DNA of 64,000 bases. Source: Nannocystaceae bacterium ST9. Lineage in GTDB: Bacteria; Myxococcota_A; Polyangia; Nannocystales; Nannocystaceae. Where the stretch lies: the NCBI GenBank assembly GCA_048320885.1, contig JBLWFJ010000001.1:5953697-6017696 (forward strand), given 5' to 3'. The notes under the pieces were generated by a model. That model saw only the letters and a list, made by a program, of their open reading frames with translations, made no database searches and was not told the origin of the DNA. The position numbers and the translations under genes were made by a program. Below, piece after piece: positions 14,435 through 24,376 of the stretch. The stretch's first letter is position 1. Every line of letters starts with the position of its first letter.

Positions 14435-14923
14435 ATGGCGGTAGCCGCCACGAGTCCCATACGCTGGGAGCAGGACGCTCCGATCGGAGAGTTGCGCTTC
14501 GAACTGATCGAAGACCACTTCCCGGTGATCTTCATCGCGCTCTCGGGCGAGATGCAGCCGCAGCAAGTCCTCCAGCTGATTCGCTTCGTCGATCGCATGC
14601 GCGAGCGGGCGGCAGCCGAGCGGGTCGATCTGCTGACCATCTGCGACGCGCGTGGGGCCGCGCGGCCCGGCGAGCTCGTCCGCGACATGCTCGTCGACTG
14701 GCTGCGCCACGAGCTGTTCGGCACGCCCTCGCCGCTCGGCAGCATCATCGTCTGTCGCGACCCGCTGGTTCGCGGCGTGATCGCGTCGATCAAGTGGGCG
14801 ACCGGTCACTCGCACATTCAGGTCGTGCCCACGCCCGACGAGGCGCTGGCTCGCGGGCGCGAGCGCTTCGCCCAGCTCGGGCTGACCTTGCCGGCCTCGC
14901 TCGAGCCCGACGACAACGACTGA
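14435..14923 (+). CDS. Hypothetical cytoplasmic protein of about 162 aa.
   Basis: ORF 14396..14923 has protein-like composition. ATG at 14435 was chosen. The antisense ORF 14231..14941 looks like frame noise. Confidence 0.35.
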   Translation: MAVAATSPIRWEQDAPIGELRFELIEDHFPVIFIALSGEMQPQQVLQLIRFVDRMRERAAAERVDLLTICDARGAARPGELVRDMLVDWLRHELFGTPSPLGSIIVCRDPLVRGVIASIKWATGHSHIQVVPTPDEALARGRERFAQLGLTLPASLEPDDND

Positions 14924-14995
14924 GCGCCGCGCGGCGGACAAAAACGAGACGCCGGCGGATGGCCGGCGTCTCGTGCTTCGTCGTGCGGGTGAGGG

Positions 14996-16276
14996 CTAGC
15001 TGAGCTCGCGGCGAGCGAACTCGCGGCGGAGCTTGCCGAGCGCGCGCTCTTGCAGCTGACGGATCCGCTCGCGCGAGAGCGAGTGGCGCTCGCCGAGCTG
15101 GCGCAGGGTCATCGCCTCGAACTCCGGGTTGGCGTCCTCGCCGTCGATCCCGTAGCGGCGGCGGAGGATGTCGAGCTCGATCGGCTGCAGCTCGGTCAGC
15201 GCCTCGTCGAGGTAGTCGCCGAGCGTCTCGAGCTCGAGCAGCTCGGCGGGCTCGGGGTTGGCCGAGTCGATCAGCTTGTCGAGCAGGCCGCGATCGTCGT
15301 CTTCGTGGCTGGGCGCGTCGAGGCTGATCACGCCGTCGAGGGTGAGCGTGCTGAGCTTGCGGACCCGGACCTTGCTGAGCCCGCTCTCCTTGGCCAGCGT
15401 GGCGATGTCGGGCTTCTCGCCGGTCTTGGCCTCGAGCTCGCGCTGGATCCGACGCAGGCGCTGGAGGTCGGCCGACACGTGCGCGGGCAAGCGAACGGTT
15501 CGGCCCTTGTTGGCCAGCGCGCGGTTGATCGCGTGCCGGATCCACCAAGTCGCGTAGGTCGAGAAGCGATAGCCACGCGTGCCGTCGAAGCGATCGACGG
15601 CCTTCATCAGGCCGATGTTGCCCTCTTGGACGAGGTCCTGGAGCGGCATCAACCCGTGATCGAAGCGGCGGGCGATGGTCACGACCAGGCGGAGGTTGGC
15701 CTTGACGAACTTGTTCTTGGAGAAGCGCAGCGCCTGGTTGGCGGAGCGGACCCGCTGGATGTAGCGCGCGAAGGGGACGCTGCCCTTGGGCGGATAGGTG
15801 ACGTCGAGTCGCACGCCCTCGCGGCGATTGGCGTCGATCGCCTCGAGGTCGGCGGCGATCATGTCGGAGACCTTGCCGTCGAGATCGACGTCGGCCATGC
15901 GCAGGGCGAGCGTGTTCTGGGCGGTCGCGAAGGTCTCGCGGTTGGACTTGGTCTCGCGGTCGCGGAAGGCCCGCGACGAGCGGGCGGCGATCTCGAGCTC
16001 GTCGCGCGGGATCGACTCGCAGCCCTCTTCGGTCAGCGCGGGTTCGATCACCGCGACCACGGCCTCGACGAAGGGCGGGTAGGACAAGAGCGCCTTCCAG
16101 ATCGACGATCGTCGCTCGGCGATCTCGGCCGACAGCGCCCGCTCTTGCTCGGGGGTGAGCACGTCGACCTTGGCGACGTCGCCGAGGTAGGAGCCCAACG
16201 GACTCTCCGACCTTCGGCGCTCGCCGGTGGGGCGATTCGGGCGGCTCGGAGCTTGACTGTTGCGTGCCATGACCAT
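14996..16276 (-). CDS. RNA polymerase sigma factor, sigma-70 family (RpoD/SigB/SigC-like, regions 1.2-4).
   Basis: ATG at 16274-16276 is preceded by GAGAGGA. Conserved motifs seen: region 2.4 YATWWIRHAI, LVVTIARRF..GLMPLQDLVQEGNIGLMKAVDRFD, and the region 4 HTH TLRQLGERHSLSRERIRQLQERAL. Confidence 0.88.
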   Translation of the reverse strand: MVMARNSQAPSRPNRPTGERRRSESPLGSYLGDVAKVDVLTPEQERALSAEIAERRSSIWKALLSYPPFVEAVVAVIEPALTEEGCESIPRDELEIAARSSRAFRDRETKSNRETFATAQNTLALRMADVDLDGKVSDMIAADLEAIDANRREGVRLDVTYPPKGSVPFARYIQRVRSANQALRFSKNKFVKANLRLVVTIARRFDHGLMPLQDLVQEGNIGLMKAVDRFDGTRGYRFSTYATWWIRHAINRALANKGRTVRLPAHVSADLQRLRRIQRELEAKTGEKPDIATLAKESGLSKVRVRKLSTLTLDGVISLDAPSHEDDDRGLLDKLIDSANPEPAELLELETLGDYLDEALTELQPIELDILRRRYGIDGEDANPEFEAMTLRQLGERHSLSRERIRQLQERALGKLRREFARRELS

Positions 16277-16737
16277 GTGTCCTCTCGTTCGAACCGAACT
16301 CAGCTGATCCGCGAGCACGGTGGCGTCGCGGTGTGGGCCGCTCGGCGGGCCCGACTACGAAATGGGGGGATCAACGTTTCGAGGCCCAGTCGGCCGGTAT
16401 CGAACACCGGCAAGGTGGGTCGCGGATCGACGCGCGCAAGCCGGAGCATCGAGGTCGGTCGGCTCGTGCATCGCATCGAACTCGGCGCAGTGCAGGTTCC
16501 GGGCCGAGTGTGCAGACGCGCCGCTTACGTACGCCGACCGATGCGAAGCCGCGCCGTTGGGAGCGTTCCAGCCCTTTGCGTGGGCCTGCGCGCAGACGAT
16601 GGCCGCGCCTCTAGCCACGATTTCTCCGTATCGATGCGGACGCCGTTGCACGCGGAGGTGCATCGATTTCGCCGGGTGAAACATCACGTTCCAGCGCTCG
16701 GGTCGGCCGTGATCCTCCGACGTGATAGCTTTGCGCC

Positions 16738-17550
16738 GTGAAGCTCCACGTCACGGTGCCCGCGCTGCTGGTCGGGCTGGTGCTCGCCTGCGAGGCGGAG
16801 ATCGAGACGGTGCCCGAAGGTGCGCTCGCGCGAGTCGGCGCCGAGGTGATCGAACCCGAGCAGGTCGAGCAGACTCACGCGCAGTTGGGGGCCTTTGGTC
16901 AGGCTCGCTTTCGCGGCGTCGAGGGTCGGCGCGCGCTGATCGACGCGGTGATCGTCGAGGAGCTCTTGGTCCAGATTGCGCGAGACGAGGGGCTTGCCGT
17001 CGATCCGCGAGTTCGCTTCGCGGTGCTCGAGGAGCTCGCCGAGCTCCAGCGCGCCGCGATGCTCGAGCGGCGACTGCCGCGGGCCGAGATCGCGGCCGAC
17101 ACCGCGGCGCTGCGAGCCCGACACGCGCTCGAGCGAACCAGCTTCGCGACGCCCGAGCGCCGCCGCCTGCGAGCGGTCCGCTTCGACACCTGGGAGGCCG
17201 CGGACGCTGCGCTGGCTCGCCTGCTGGCGGGCGAGGCCGAGCTCGGCGATCTCGGCGAGGTCCTCGTCACCGTGTCGATGAAGCGCGACGACCTCGAGCA
17301 CCCGGCGTTTCACGCGGTGCTCTTCGACGCGACGCTGGCGGTCGGCGATCCGCTGCCCGTGCCGGTGTTGTCCGGCAGCTTCGTCCTGGTCGGCGAGCTC
17401 GAGGCCATCGAGCCGGCCGGCGTGCTCGCGTTCGAGGACCCCAAGGTCCAGGAGGCCCTCGTCGAGCGCGAGTGGGCCGCCCGTCTGCCGCCGATCGAGG
17501 CCGAGCTGCTCGCCGAGCTGGCCGAGCGCTTCCCCGAGACGGCGCCCTGA
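16738..17550 (+). CDS. Putative SurA-N-like periplasmic chaperone lipoprotein.
   Basis: GTG start at 16738. Signal peptide with lipobox LAC. Contains RALIDAVIVEELLVQIARDEGL, which resembles the SurA/PpiD N-terminal domain. Confidence 0.4.
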   Translation: MKLHVTVPALLVGLVLACEAEIETVPEGALARVGAEVIEPEQVEQTHAQLGAFGQARFRGVEGRRALIDAVIVEELLVQIARDEGLAVDPRVRFAVLEELAELQRAAMLERRLPRAEIAADTAALRARHALERTSFATPERRRLRAVRFDTWEAADAALARLLAGEAELGDLGEVLVTVSMKRDDLEHPAFHAVLFDATLAVGDPLPVPVLSGSFVLVGELEAIEPAGVLAFEDPKVQEALVEREWAARLPPIEAELLAELAERFPETAP

Positions 17551-17566
17551 TGCTACATCGTCCCTC

Positions 17567-18544
17567 GTGCACGCCCACACTCGCGGATGGCTGCTCGCGC
17601 TGGCCCTGGCTGCTCCGCTGGCCTTGGTCGCCGGATCGAGCTCGGCCGATCCGCTGGTGCTCGATCGCGTGGTCGCGGTCGTCGACGACGAGATCGTGCT
17701 CGAGAGCGATCTCGATCTGTGGCTGATCTTCGACGACAACATCCGGCTCGAGCTCAGCAAGATCGAGAACCCGACCGAGCAGCAGATCATCGCCAAGCTG
17801 ACCGAGCTGCGGCCCAGCGCGCTCGACGAGCTGATCGGCCGGATGCTGCTGCTGCGCCAGGCCGCGACCTTCCAGATCAAGGCGACCGACGCCGAGCTCG
17901 ACAACTACTTGGCCTCGCTGGCGCGCCAGGCCCAGCTGGCCGGCATCCCCGAGCTCAAGCGCGCGGTCGAAGAGAGCGGCCAGTACGGCAACTGGGAGCA
18001 GTACACCGGCAAGCTGCGCGAGGACATCGTGCTCTACAAGCTCGAGGGCATGATGCTCAACGTCGCGGTCAGCGACGCGCAGGTGCTCGAGCGCTATCGC
18101 CAGCTCAGCAAGGGCGAAGAGGGCGAGGTCGAGGTCCATCGGCTGAGCTTCCGGCCGGCGACCGACGAGGCCTCGGCCAGCGACGAGGCGTTCAAGCAGG
18201 CCAAGGCGGCGGTCCGCCGGCTCAGCGACGGGGAGGATCCCGCGGCGCTGGCCGAGGAGCTGGGCCAGTCCGGCGAGGTCGAGACCCTCACGCGCGACGA
18301 CGTGGCGCGGCCGATCGGCGAGCGGCTGTTCACCGCCAAGGCCGGCCAGGTGATTGGCCCGCTGGAGTCGGGCCAGGGCTTCGTGGTGTTCAAGATCGAG
18401 AAGGTCGTCAGCTCCGACCTGCTCGGGTTCGAAGAGGCCAAGGACGAGCTCAAGAACCAGCTCTTCGAAGAGGCCTACGAGAAGGCTCGGATCGAGCTCC
18501 GCGATCAGCTGCGCAGCCGTGCGCACGTCGAGATCCGGCTATAG
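17567..18544 (+). CDS. SurA-like peptidyl-prolyl isomerase / periplasmic chaperone.
   Basis: GTG at 17567. Signal peptide MHAHTRGWLLALALAAPLALVAG. Classic SurA_N stretch DRVVAVVDDEIVLESDLD, and a parvulin-like C-terminal part. Confidence 0.6.
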   Translation: MHAHTRGWLLALALAAPLALVAGSSSADPLVLDRVVAVVDDEIVLESDLDLWLIFDDNIRLELSKIENPTEQQIIAKLTELRPSALDELIGRMLLLRQAATFQIKATDAELDNYLASLARQAQLAGIPELKRAVEESGQYGNWEQYTGKLREDIVLYKLEGMMLNVAVSDAQVLERYRQLSKGEEGEVEVHRLSFRPATDEASASDEAFKQAKAAVRRLSDGEDPAALAEELGQSGEVETLTRDDVARPIGERLFTAKAGQVIGPLESGQGFVVFKIEKVVSSDLLGFEEAKDELKNQLFEEAYEKARIELRDQLRSRAHVEIRL

Positions 18545-18605
18545 TTCGCGAGTGCCTCGAATTCGGACGAGCGCAGAAGGCTCGACGCTGCTCGAGGTCC
18601 GCGCG

Positions 18606-20453
18606 ATGCACCGACCTCGCGCCCTCGCGGTCGCGGCGGTCGCCTCGCTGCTGGGGCTCGGCGCGGCCGCGTTGGTCTGGCAGATCCTCCGGCGACCGGT
18701 GCCGAAGCCGGCCGCGGGGATCGAGTCGGCCGAGCTCGCGGTCGCCTGGTCGACCGGCTACCTGATCGTCCCCGATCGCGCAGCGCCGCCCTCGGCCCCC
18801 TCGCCGCTCGAGCTGCGCCTGGACAGCTTCGCGCGCGCGGTCGAGCAGGCGCGAGCGGGCAGCGATCCGCCGGTGGTCGCGTTCGGTGCCGAGGCGCTGA
18901 CCGCCGAGATCGAGCAGGCGATCGCGCGGGTGGGCGAGCGCGCCGAGGTCTCGGTCCACGTCCGCGATCTCGACTCGAGCCGGATCCTGTTCGACTACCA
19001 CGGTGACGCGCTGCTCAACCCGGCCAGCAACAACAAGCTGCTGACCGGCGCCGCCGCGCTCGATCTGCTCGGCCCCGACTACGTGTTCGAGACCCGCGTG
19101 GTCTTGGTCGGCGACGCGCTCTATCTGGTCGGCGAGGGCGATCCGATGCTCGACGGCGACTCGCTGCGCGCGCTCGCTCGCGAGGTCGCCGAGCGGGTGC
19201 CGATCGGCTCGCTCACGCGGATCGTCGTCGACGACAGCGCCTTCTCCCCGCGGATCTTCGCGCCCGGCTTCTACCCGGAGTGGACCGACGAGGCCTACCT
19301 GGCGTCGAGCGGCGCGCTCGCGCTGGCGTTCGACAGCGTCGAGATCACCGCCTACCCGATCGGCAAGCGCGAGGTCGGCGTGACGATCGAGCCGCCGAGC
19401 ACCCACGTGATGGTCGACAACCAGGCGCGAGTCGGGCGCGGTCGGCTGACGATCCACGCGCTGCGCGAGGGCCCGAGCGACGCGAGCGAGCGGGCCGAGG
19501 TCCACACCCTGGTTCGAGTCGAAGGGGCGATCGCGGCCAAGCGCCGGGGCGTGACGGTCCGCCGTCGGATCGCCGATCCCGGCGCGTTCACGGCCGGCGC
19601 TCTGGCCTGGGCGCTGGCCGAGGCCAGCCAGAGCGCGCCGCTGCCGATCGAGTTCGGCGTGCTGCCGACGCTCGATCGGCCGGCCGAGTCCGAGCAGCTC
19701 GAGCATGACGACTCGACCAGCCTGCCGCGCATGCTCGGGCGCAGCGAGGACGGCGTCGACATCGAGCTGGTTGCCGAGCGCCGCTCGCCGCCGCTGATCG
19801 AGGTCGTCGCGAGCATGCTGACCTGGTCGAACAACTTCATCGCCGAGCAGCTGGTCCGCACGCTCGGCTGGCGAATGACCGGCGCGCCGGGCGATTGGGC
19901 CGAGGGCTGCGAGGTCGTGCGCGAGTACTGGCGGACGATCGGCGAGCCCGACTACGCGCTGGTCTACGAGAACGGCTCGGGCCTGAGCAGCGTCGGCCGG
20001 ATCAGCACGCGCGGGCTGGTCGATCTGCTCGCGGTCGTCTATCGCACGCAGGCTCGCGGCTCGAGCCTGATCGACGCGCTGCCGGTCGCCGGCGCCGAGG
20101 GGACGCTGCGCGGGCGACTGCGCCGCTCGGGCAAGCGCGTGCGGGCCAAGACCGGCACGATGTCGGGCGTCAGCGGGCTGACCGGGGTGATCACCAGCGA
20201 AGCCGGCGAGCCGCAGGTCGCGTTCTCGATCATCATCAACGTCCGCGAGGCCGGCAGCATGTACGCCGAGAGCCGGCGCCAGATCGAAGACCGGATCGTG
20301 ATGGCCGTGCTCGGCCACATCGACAACTGGGAGGCCGTGCGCGGCGAGCTGATCCTCGACCTCGAGCCGATCGACGTGTCGGCGGTCGAGCCCGAGTCGG
20401 GCTCGGATCTCGGCTCGGACCTCGGCTCAGACCTCGGCTCAGACCTCGAATAG
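18606..20453 (+). CDS. dacB: D-alanyl-D-alanine carboxypeptidase/endopeptidase, PBP4 family (peptidase S13).
   Basis: ATG at 18606. Signal peptide. SxxK (ASNNKLLT), SxN-like and KTGT motifs. The C-terminal GSDLGSDLGSDLGSDLE tail is encoded by 12-bp tandem repeats. Confidence 0.8.
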   Translation: MHRPRALAVAAVASLLGLGAAALVWQILRRPVPKPAAGIESAELAVAWSTGYLIVPDRAAPPSAPSPLELRLDSFARAVEQARAGSDPPVVAFGAEALTAEIEQAIARVGERAEVSVHVRDLDSSRILFDYHGDALLNPASNNKLLTGAAALDLLGPDYVFETRVVLVGDALYLVGEGDPMLDGDSLRALAREVAERVPIGSLTRIVVDDSAFSPRIFAPGFYPEWTDEAYLASSGALALAFDSVEITAYPIGKREVGVTIEPPSTHVMVDNQARVGRGRLTIHALREGPSDASERAEVHTLVRVEGAIAAKRRGVTVRRRIADPGAFTAGALAWALAEASQSAPLPIEFGVLPTLDRPAESEQLEHDDSTSLPRMLGRSEDGVDIELVAERRSPPLIEVVASMLTWSNNFIAEQLVRTLGWRMTGAPGDWAEGCEVVREYWRTIGEPDYALVYENGSGLSSVGRISTRGLVDLLAVVYRTQARGSSLIDALPVAGAEGTLRGRLRRSGKRVRAKTGTMSGVSGLTGVITSEAGEPQVAFSIIINVREAGSMYAESRRQIEDRIVMAVLGHIDNWEAVRGELILDLEPIDVSAVEPESGSDLGSDLGSDLGSDLE

Positions 20454-21311
20454 CTCGGCGACCCGCTTGCGGAGGATCTCGCCATCGCGTCGACCGGCGT
20501 CGATCGTCGCTTGCAGGGCGTCGCCCGAGGCGTAGTCCCAGGTCCGCGCCGGCGTGTCCTCGGTCGGCGCGAGGTAGAGGATCGTGCCGCCCTCGGCAGT
20601 CCGCAGCGGCCGACGAGCGACCTTCTTGGGGCTCGAGAGCAGGACCAGCACGCGCCCCGACTTGGCGTGGTCGGGCAGCGCCCGCACCGGGACGTTGTCG
20701 ACCAGCGCGCCGTCGATGTAGCGACGTCCGCCGATTCGAACGGTCCGCGAGATCACCGGCGTGTTCGCGGACATCAGCACCCAGTCGATCAGCTGCTCGG
20801 GCCCGCTGGCGTCGGTCGAGCGCACGACCTGTACGCCCATGCCCGGCGGCGGCGACGAGGGCCCGTGCAAGCGACCGATCCGATCGCGGCGGGTGAACGC
20901 CCCGAACGCCTCGAGTCCGGCGCGCAGACCCGAGCGACCCGCGACCACGTAGGAGAGCAGGATGTGGACCGGCGCGCCCGCGATCACCCGTTCGAACCCG
21001 CCTTCGGCGAGCACGAAGCCGAGCGAGTCGCGAAACAGCCGCTCGTGCGGGAACACGGGCCCGCCCCGCAGCGCTCGACCGGGATAGAAGTTGCGTGGGT
21101 TGGCGCGCGCGGCCGCGACCACGTAGTCGAGCGAGACGGCGATCCGCTCGCTGACTTGGATCAGGCCCATCGCCGCGCCCGCGCTGACGCCCGCCCAGTG
21201 TTCGACCGGCGGGAGCAGGTCGCGGATCGAGTCGAGCACGCCCATGCCCCACAGCGTCTTGCCGCCGCCGCCGGCCAACACGACCGCGAGTCCGCCGGTC
21301 GTGCCGGTCAT
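20439..21311 (-). CDS. Patatin-like phospholipase.
   Basis: ATG at 21309-21311 overlaps the LysR stop (ATGA). Motifs: GGGGKT (oxyanion hole), GVSAG (GxSxG nucleophile), DGALVDNVP (DGA/G catalytic Asp). Confidence 0.75.
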   Translation of the reverse strand: MTGTTGGLAVVLAGGGGKTLWGMGVLDSIRDLLPPVEHWAGVSAGAAMGLIQVSERIAVSLDYVVAAARANPRNFYPGRALRGGPVFPHERLFRDSLGFVLAEGGFERVIAGAPVHILLSYVVAGRSGLRAGLEAFGAFTRRDRIGRLHGPSSPPPGMGVQVVRSTDASGPEQLIDWVLMSANTPVISRTVRIGGRRYIDGALVDNVPVRALPDHAKSGRVLVLLSSPKKVARRPLRTAEGGTILYLAPTEDTPARTWDYASGDALQATIDAGRRDGEILRKRVAELFEV

Positions 21312-22207
21312 GCCGGGGAGGGTAGCAACGTCGCGGCGAGCCGCGTGAACGACTCGCGATGGGCGGTCGTGGGTCGCCACACCAGGCCGATGGTCCGGAA
21401 CGGCTCGGGCTCCGCGAAGCGCACCAAGACCACGCCGGGCTCGATCCGCCGGAGCAGCTCGGCGGCCAACTCGGGGACCAGCGTGACACCCAACCCGCCG
21501 CCGACCATCTGGACCAGCGTGCCCAGGCTCGAAGCCCGAAAGTCGTCGCGCTCGCGAGCGCCGCGCACCGAGCAGGCCGCGAGCGTCTGATCGCGCAGGC
21601 AGTGGCCGTCCTCGAGCAGCAGGACCTGCTGATCTTCGAGGTCGCGCTGGCCGAGCGTGGCGCGATCGGCCAGCGGATGGTCGGCCGGGACCGCGAGCAG
21701 GAAACGATCGCGAAACAGCGGCAGGGTCTCGACCTCGCCGAGCTCGGCCTCGCAGGCGAGCAAGACCAGATCGAGCTCGCCGGCCGCGAGGTCGGCGAGC
21801 AGTCGCTCGGTCAGGTCCTCGCGCAGATAGAGGCGCAGCTGCGGGTAGGCGGCCCGCAGGCGGGGCAGCACGCTGGGCAGCAGGTAGGGCGCGACGGTCG
21901 GGATCACCCCGAGTCGCAGCACGCCGCGCAGCGGATCGTCGTGGCCGGCCGCGGTGTCGATCAGTCGCTGGACGTCGGCGAGGATCGTGCGCGCGCGCGG
22001 GAGCAGGCTGCGGCCGGCCTCGGTCAGCATGACCCCACGCCGGTCTCGCTCGAACAGGCTGACGCCGAGCTGCTCTTCGAGCTGGGCGATCTGGGCCGAG
22101 AGCGCGGGCTGACTGACGTGCACGCGCTCGGCCGCGCGGCGAAACGAGAGCAGCTCGGCGACGGCCACGAAGGACTCGAGCTGGCGCAGGGTCGGGTTCG
22201 GAGTCAC
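21308..22207 (-). CDS. LysR-family transcriptional regulator (OxyR-like).
   Basis: N-terminal HTH LRQLESFVAVAELLSFRRAAERVHVSQPALSAQIAQLEEQLGV, followed by a LysR substrate-binding domain. A GTG at 22205-22207 would overlap the toxin stop (GTGA). The ORF-track start at 22225 is a TTG, so the start is uncertain by about 6 codons. Confidence 0.8.
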   Translation of the reverse strand: MTPNPTLRQLESFVAVAELLSFRRAAERVHVSQPALSAQIAQLEEQLGVSLFERDRRGVMLTEAGRSLLPRARTILADVQRLIDTAAGHDDPLRGVLRLGVIPTVAPYLLPSVLPRLRAAYPQLRLYLREDLTERLLADLAAGELDLVLLACEAELGEVETLPLFRDRFLLAVPADHPLADRATLGQRDLEDQQVLLLEDGHCLRDQTLAACSVRGARERDDFRASSLGTLVQMVGGGLGVTLVPELAAELLRRIEPGVVLVRFAEPEPFRTIGLVWRPTTAHRESFTRLAATLLPSPA

Positions 22208-22512
22208 GGCAGTCGGGCTCGCCAATAGTTGGGTCGCCGGCTGGCGTGCTCGAACGCGACGACGGTAGGAATGCCGGACAGGATGACGATCACGATCGCG
22301 TAGCGATCGAAGCGCGAGAGGCGATAGCGGCGTAGCGAGCGAGCGCCGGCATCGGTCATGACTCCGACGCCAGGCTCGTCGAGGGCGCGTGCCAGCCTGG
22401 CTCGGTAGTCCACGAGGAGTTCGTTGCCCAGGCCCTCGCGTTGCTCTTCGTACCAGGCCGCAGCTTCGCGCAGCTCGGCGATCGCTTCTTCGAAAATCTC
22501 GTGCCGAGTCAC
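22204..22512 (-). CDS. ParE/RelE-family type II toxin.
   Basis: 102-aa product. ParE-like pattern: E..EL.EA..WYEEQ...P..G.......RSLRRYRLSRFDRYAIVIVI...VVAFEH.SRRPNYW. Confidence 0.6.
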   Translation of the reverse strand: MTRHEIFEEAIAELREAAAWYEEQREGLGNELLVDYRARLARALDEPGVGVMTDAGARSLRRYRLSRFDRYAIVIVILSGIPTVVAFEHASRRPNYWRARLP

Positions 22513-22558
22513 CGCGCTCGCTCGCCTCGGGCCATCGGATTGCAGCAGCTCCGGATTT

Positions 22559-22807
22559 TCAGAGGAGGACAGGTCGAGACGCGAACTCCGCGTCGAGTTC
22601 GGCCAGGGCGGCCTCTCCGTCGCGTACTCGAGTCTCTCCGCGGGCGAGCCGTGCGATCCGGGCGTCGATTTCCTCCGACCATGCCCGCTCGATCGCTTCG
22701 GTCGACTCGGTCGACATGCTCTCGAGCAGGGCCTCGGTGATCTCGCGGCGTTCGGGCTCGGGCAGCGCGAGCGCCTCCTCGAGAATCCTGCGAGCGATGG
22801 ACGTCAT
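22559..22807 (-). CDS. Putative addiction-module antitoxin (TIGR02574-like component).
   Basis: 82-aa product. ILEEALALPEPERREITEALLESM...AIERAWSEEIDARIARL matches the addiction-module-component signature. It lies 46 nt upstream of the toxin. Confidence 0.6.
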   Translation of the reverse strand: MTSIARRILEEALALPEPERREITEALLESMSTESTEAIERAWSEEIDARIARLARGETRVRDGEAALAELDAEFASRPVLL

Positions 22808-22849
22808 GTCGGGATTCTACGGCAACCCCCTCGGGTTGACCACGGCGAG

Positions 22850-24358
22850 TCAGATCCGCAACACGAAGCGGGCGCCCGGCCGAGCGTCGCGCCGCTCCAT
22901 CGCTCGCAGCGTCCCGCCATGGGCGGTGGCGATCTGCCGACACAGGTGCAGCCCGAGCCCGACCCCGCCCTGATCGCGAGCTCGGGCCGCGTCGAGTCGC
23001 GCGAAGGGTTCGAAGATCAGCGAGCGCTTGTCGGCGCTGATCCCCGGGCCTTCGTCTTCGACCTCGATCACCACGTGGCCATCGTCGGCCTCGGCTCGCA
23101 CGACGACGTTGCCCTCGGGGCAGGCACGCCGCGCGTTGGTCAGGAGGTTTCGCAGCAGGCGCTCGAGCAGCAGCGCGTCGCCCTGCAAGCCGAGCTCGGC
23201 GGGGCACTCGACCTTGGCAGCGAAGCGGTTGGCCGCGCGCAGGCAGAGCTGACGGACGTCGACCTCGGCCAGCTGCAGGGCGTTGCCGCGGCCGAGCTCG
23301 AGCCGACCGGAGGTCAGCAGATCGTTGATCAGCGTCTCGACCTCGACGAGGTCCTGCTCCATCTCGGCGAACCCGGTCTGCATGCGCGCGAGGCCCTGGG
23401 CGTCGGTGATCTCGCCGCTCTGATCCATGCGACCGAGCCGCTCGCCGAGCAGCTCGACCAGCACGCGCAGGCGGGCGATCGGCGTGCGCAGCTCGTGCGA
23501 GACGTTGGCGAGCAGGGTCTGCTGGCCGGTCAGCACGGCCTGCAGACGATCGGCCATGTCGTTGAAGGCCAGGGCCAGGCGATCGATCTCGTCGCGTGGG
23601 TCGCCCTCGATCGTGGCGCGATGCGAGAAGTCGCCCTTGGCCAGCGTGCGGGTGCTCTTCTCGAGTCGATCGAGCCGATGGGTCAGCGAGCGGGCGAGCG
23701 GCCAGGCGGTGCCCGCGAGCACGCCGAGCAGGAGCAGGCCCATGAACGCGAGCCCGCGCCGCGGGTTGTCGCGCGGGTTGATGCGGACCACGCCGACCAG
23801 GTACTGCCCGCGCGCGTCGGCGTCGTCGTCTTCGCTCTCGTCGGGCGGCCCCTTGGGCAGATCGGGCGGGGCCTCGAGCGGGAGCTCGGCGAAGAGCGGC
23901 AGGCCGATCTCGGGCGGCGCGAAGCGATGCCGACGGACGATCGGCTGACCGCGACGCAGCAGCTTGAACTCGTCCTTGGTCAGCGGCGGCGGCGGTACGA
24001 AGTTGGACTGCTCGTCGGGGCGGGGATGCGGCGGTCCCAGTCGACGTCCGCGAACTCGCGGGTGCACGACGACGTCGGCATCGACGTCGCGCTCGATCGC
24101 CTCGACCAGCGCGCGCATGGCCGCGTCGCCCGCTTCACGCTCGCGCAGCGCGGCCAGCATCGGCTCGCGATCCTGATCGATGCGCTCGGCGACCTCGGCG
24201 ATCCGTTCGTCGTTCCAGGCCTGACCCGCGCGCCAGACCAGCAGCGCGACGAGCAGGGCGAAGCCCAGCACCGAGACCACGAAGGTCACGTAGATGCGCA
24301 CGAACAGGCTCGAGCGCAGGCGCAGCGGCTCGCGCTCGGATGGCGGGAGTGTGGACAC
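22850..24358 (-). CDS. Sensor histidine kinase (TM, HAMP, HisKA and HATPase_c domains).
   Basis: GTG at 24356-24358, 18 nt after the response-regulator stop. Two TM segments, the H-box LLANVSHELRTPIARL, the N-box LLRNLLTNARRA, and G-boxes DEGPGI / GGVGLGL. Confidence 0.85.
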   Translation of the reverse strand: MSTLPPSEREPLRLRSSLFVRIYVTFVVSVLGFALLVALLVWRAGQAWNDERIAEVAERIDQDREPMLAALREREAGDAAMRALVEAIERDVDADVVVHPRVRGRRLGPPHPRPDEQSNFVPPPPLTKDEFKLLRRGQPIVRRHRFAPPEIGLPLFAELPLEAPPDLPKGPPDESEDDDADARGQYLVGVVRINPRDNPRRGLAFMGLLLLGVLAGTAWPLARSLTHRLDRLEKSTRTLAKGDFSHRATIEGDPRDEIDRLALAFNDMADRLQAVLTGQQTLLANVSHELRTPIARLRVLVELLGERLGRMDQSGEITDAQGLARMQTGFAEMEQDLVEVETLINDLLTSGRLELGRGNALQLAEVDVRQLCLRAANRFAAKVECPAELGLQGDALLLERLLRNLLTNARRACPEGNVVVRAEADDGHVVIEVEDEGPGISADKRSLIFEPFARLDAARARDQGGVGLGLHLCRQIATAHGGTLRAMERRDARPGARFVLRI

Positions 24359-24376
24359 GGATTCTTGGCTACCTGG

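Noticed and set aside
16320-16737. Several ORFs of about 100 aa in the 460-nt gap between the sigma factor gene and the SurA-like gene. The gap was considered as a possible ncRNA or tRNA locus.
   Set aside because: The ORFs are Arg-rich junk. No tRNA-like T-arm or acceptor features were found, and no recognisable structured-RNA motif was seen. It is most likely the promoter and 5' UTR of the sigma factor gene.
15050-16741. 563-aa ORF antisense to the sigma factor gene.
   Set aside because: A frame shadow. The sigma-70 motifs are unambiguous on the minus strand.
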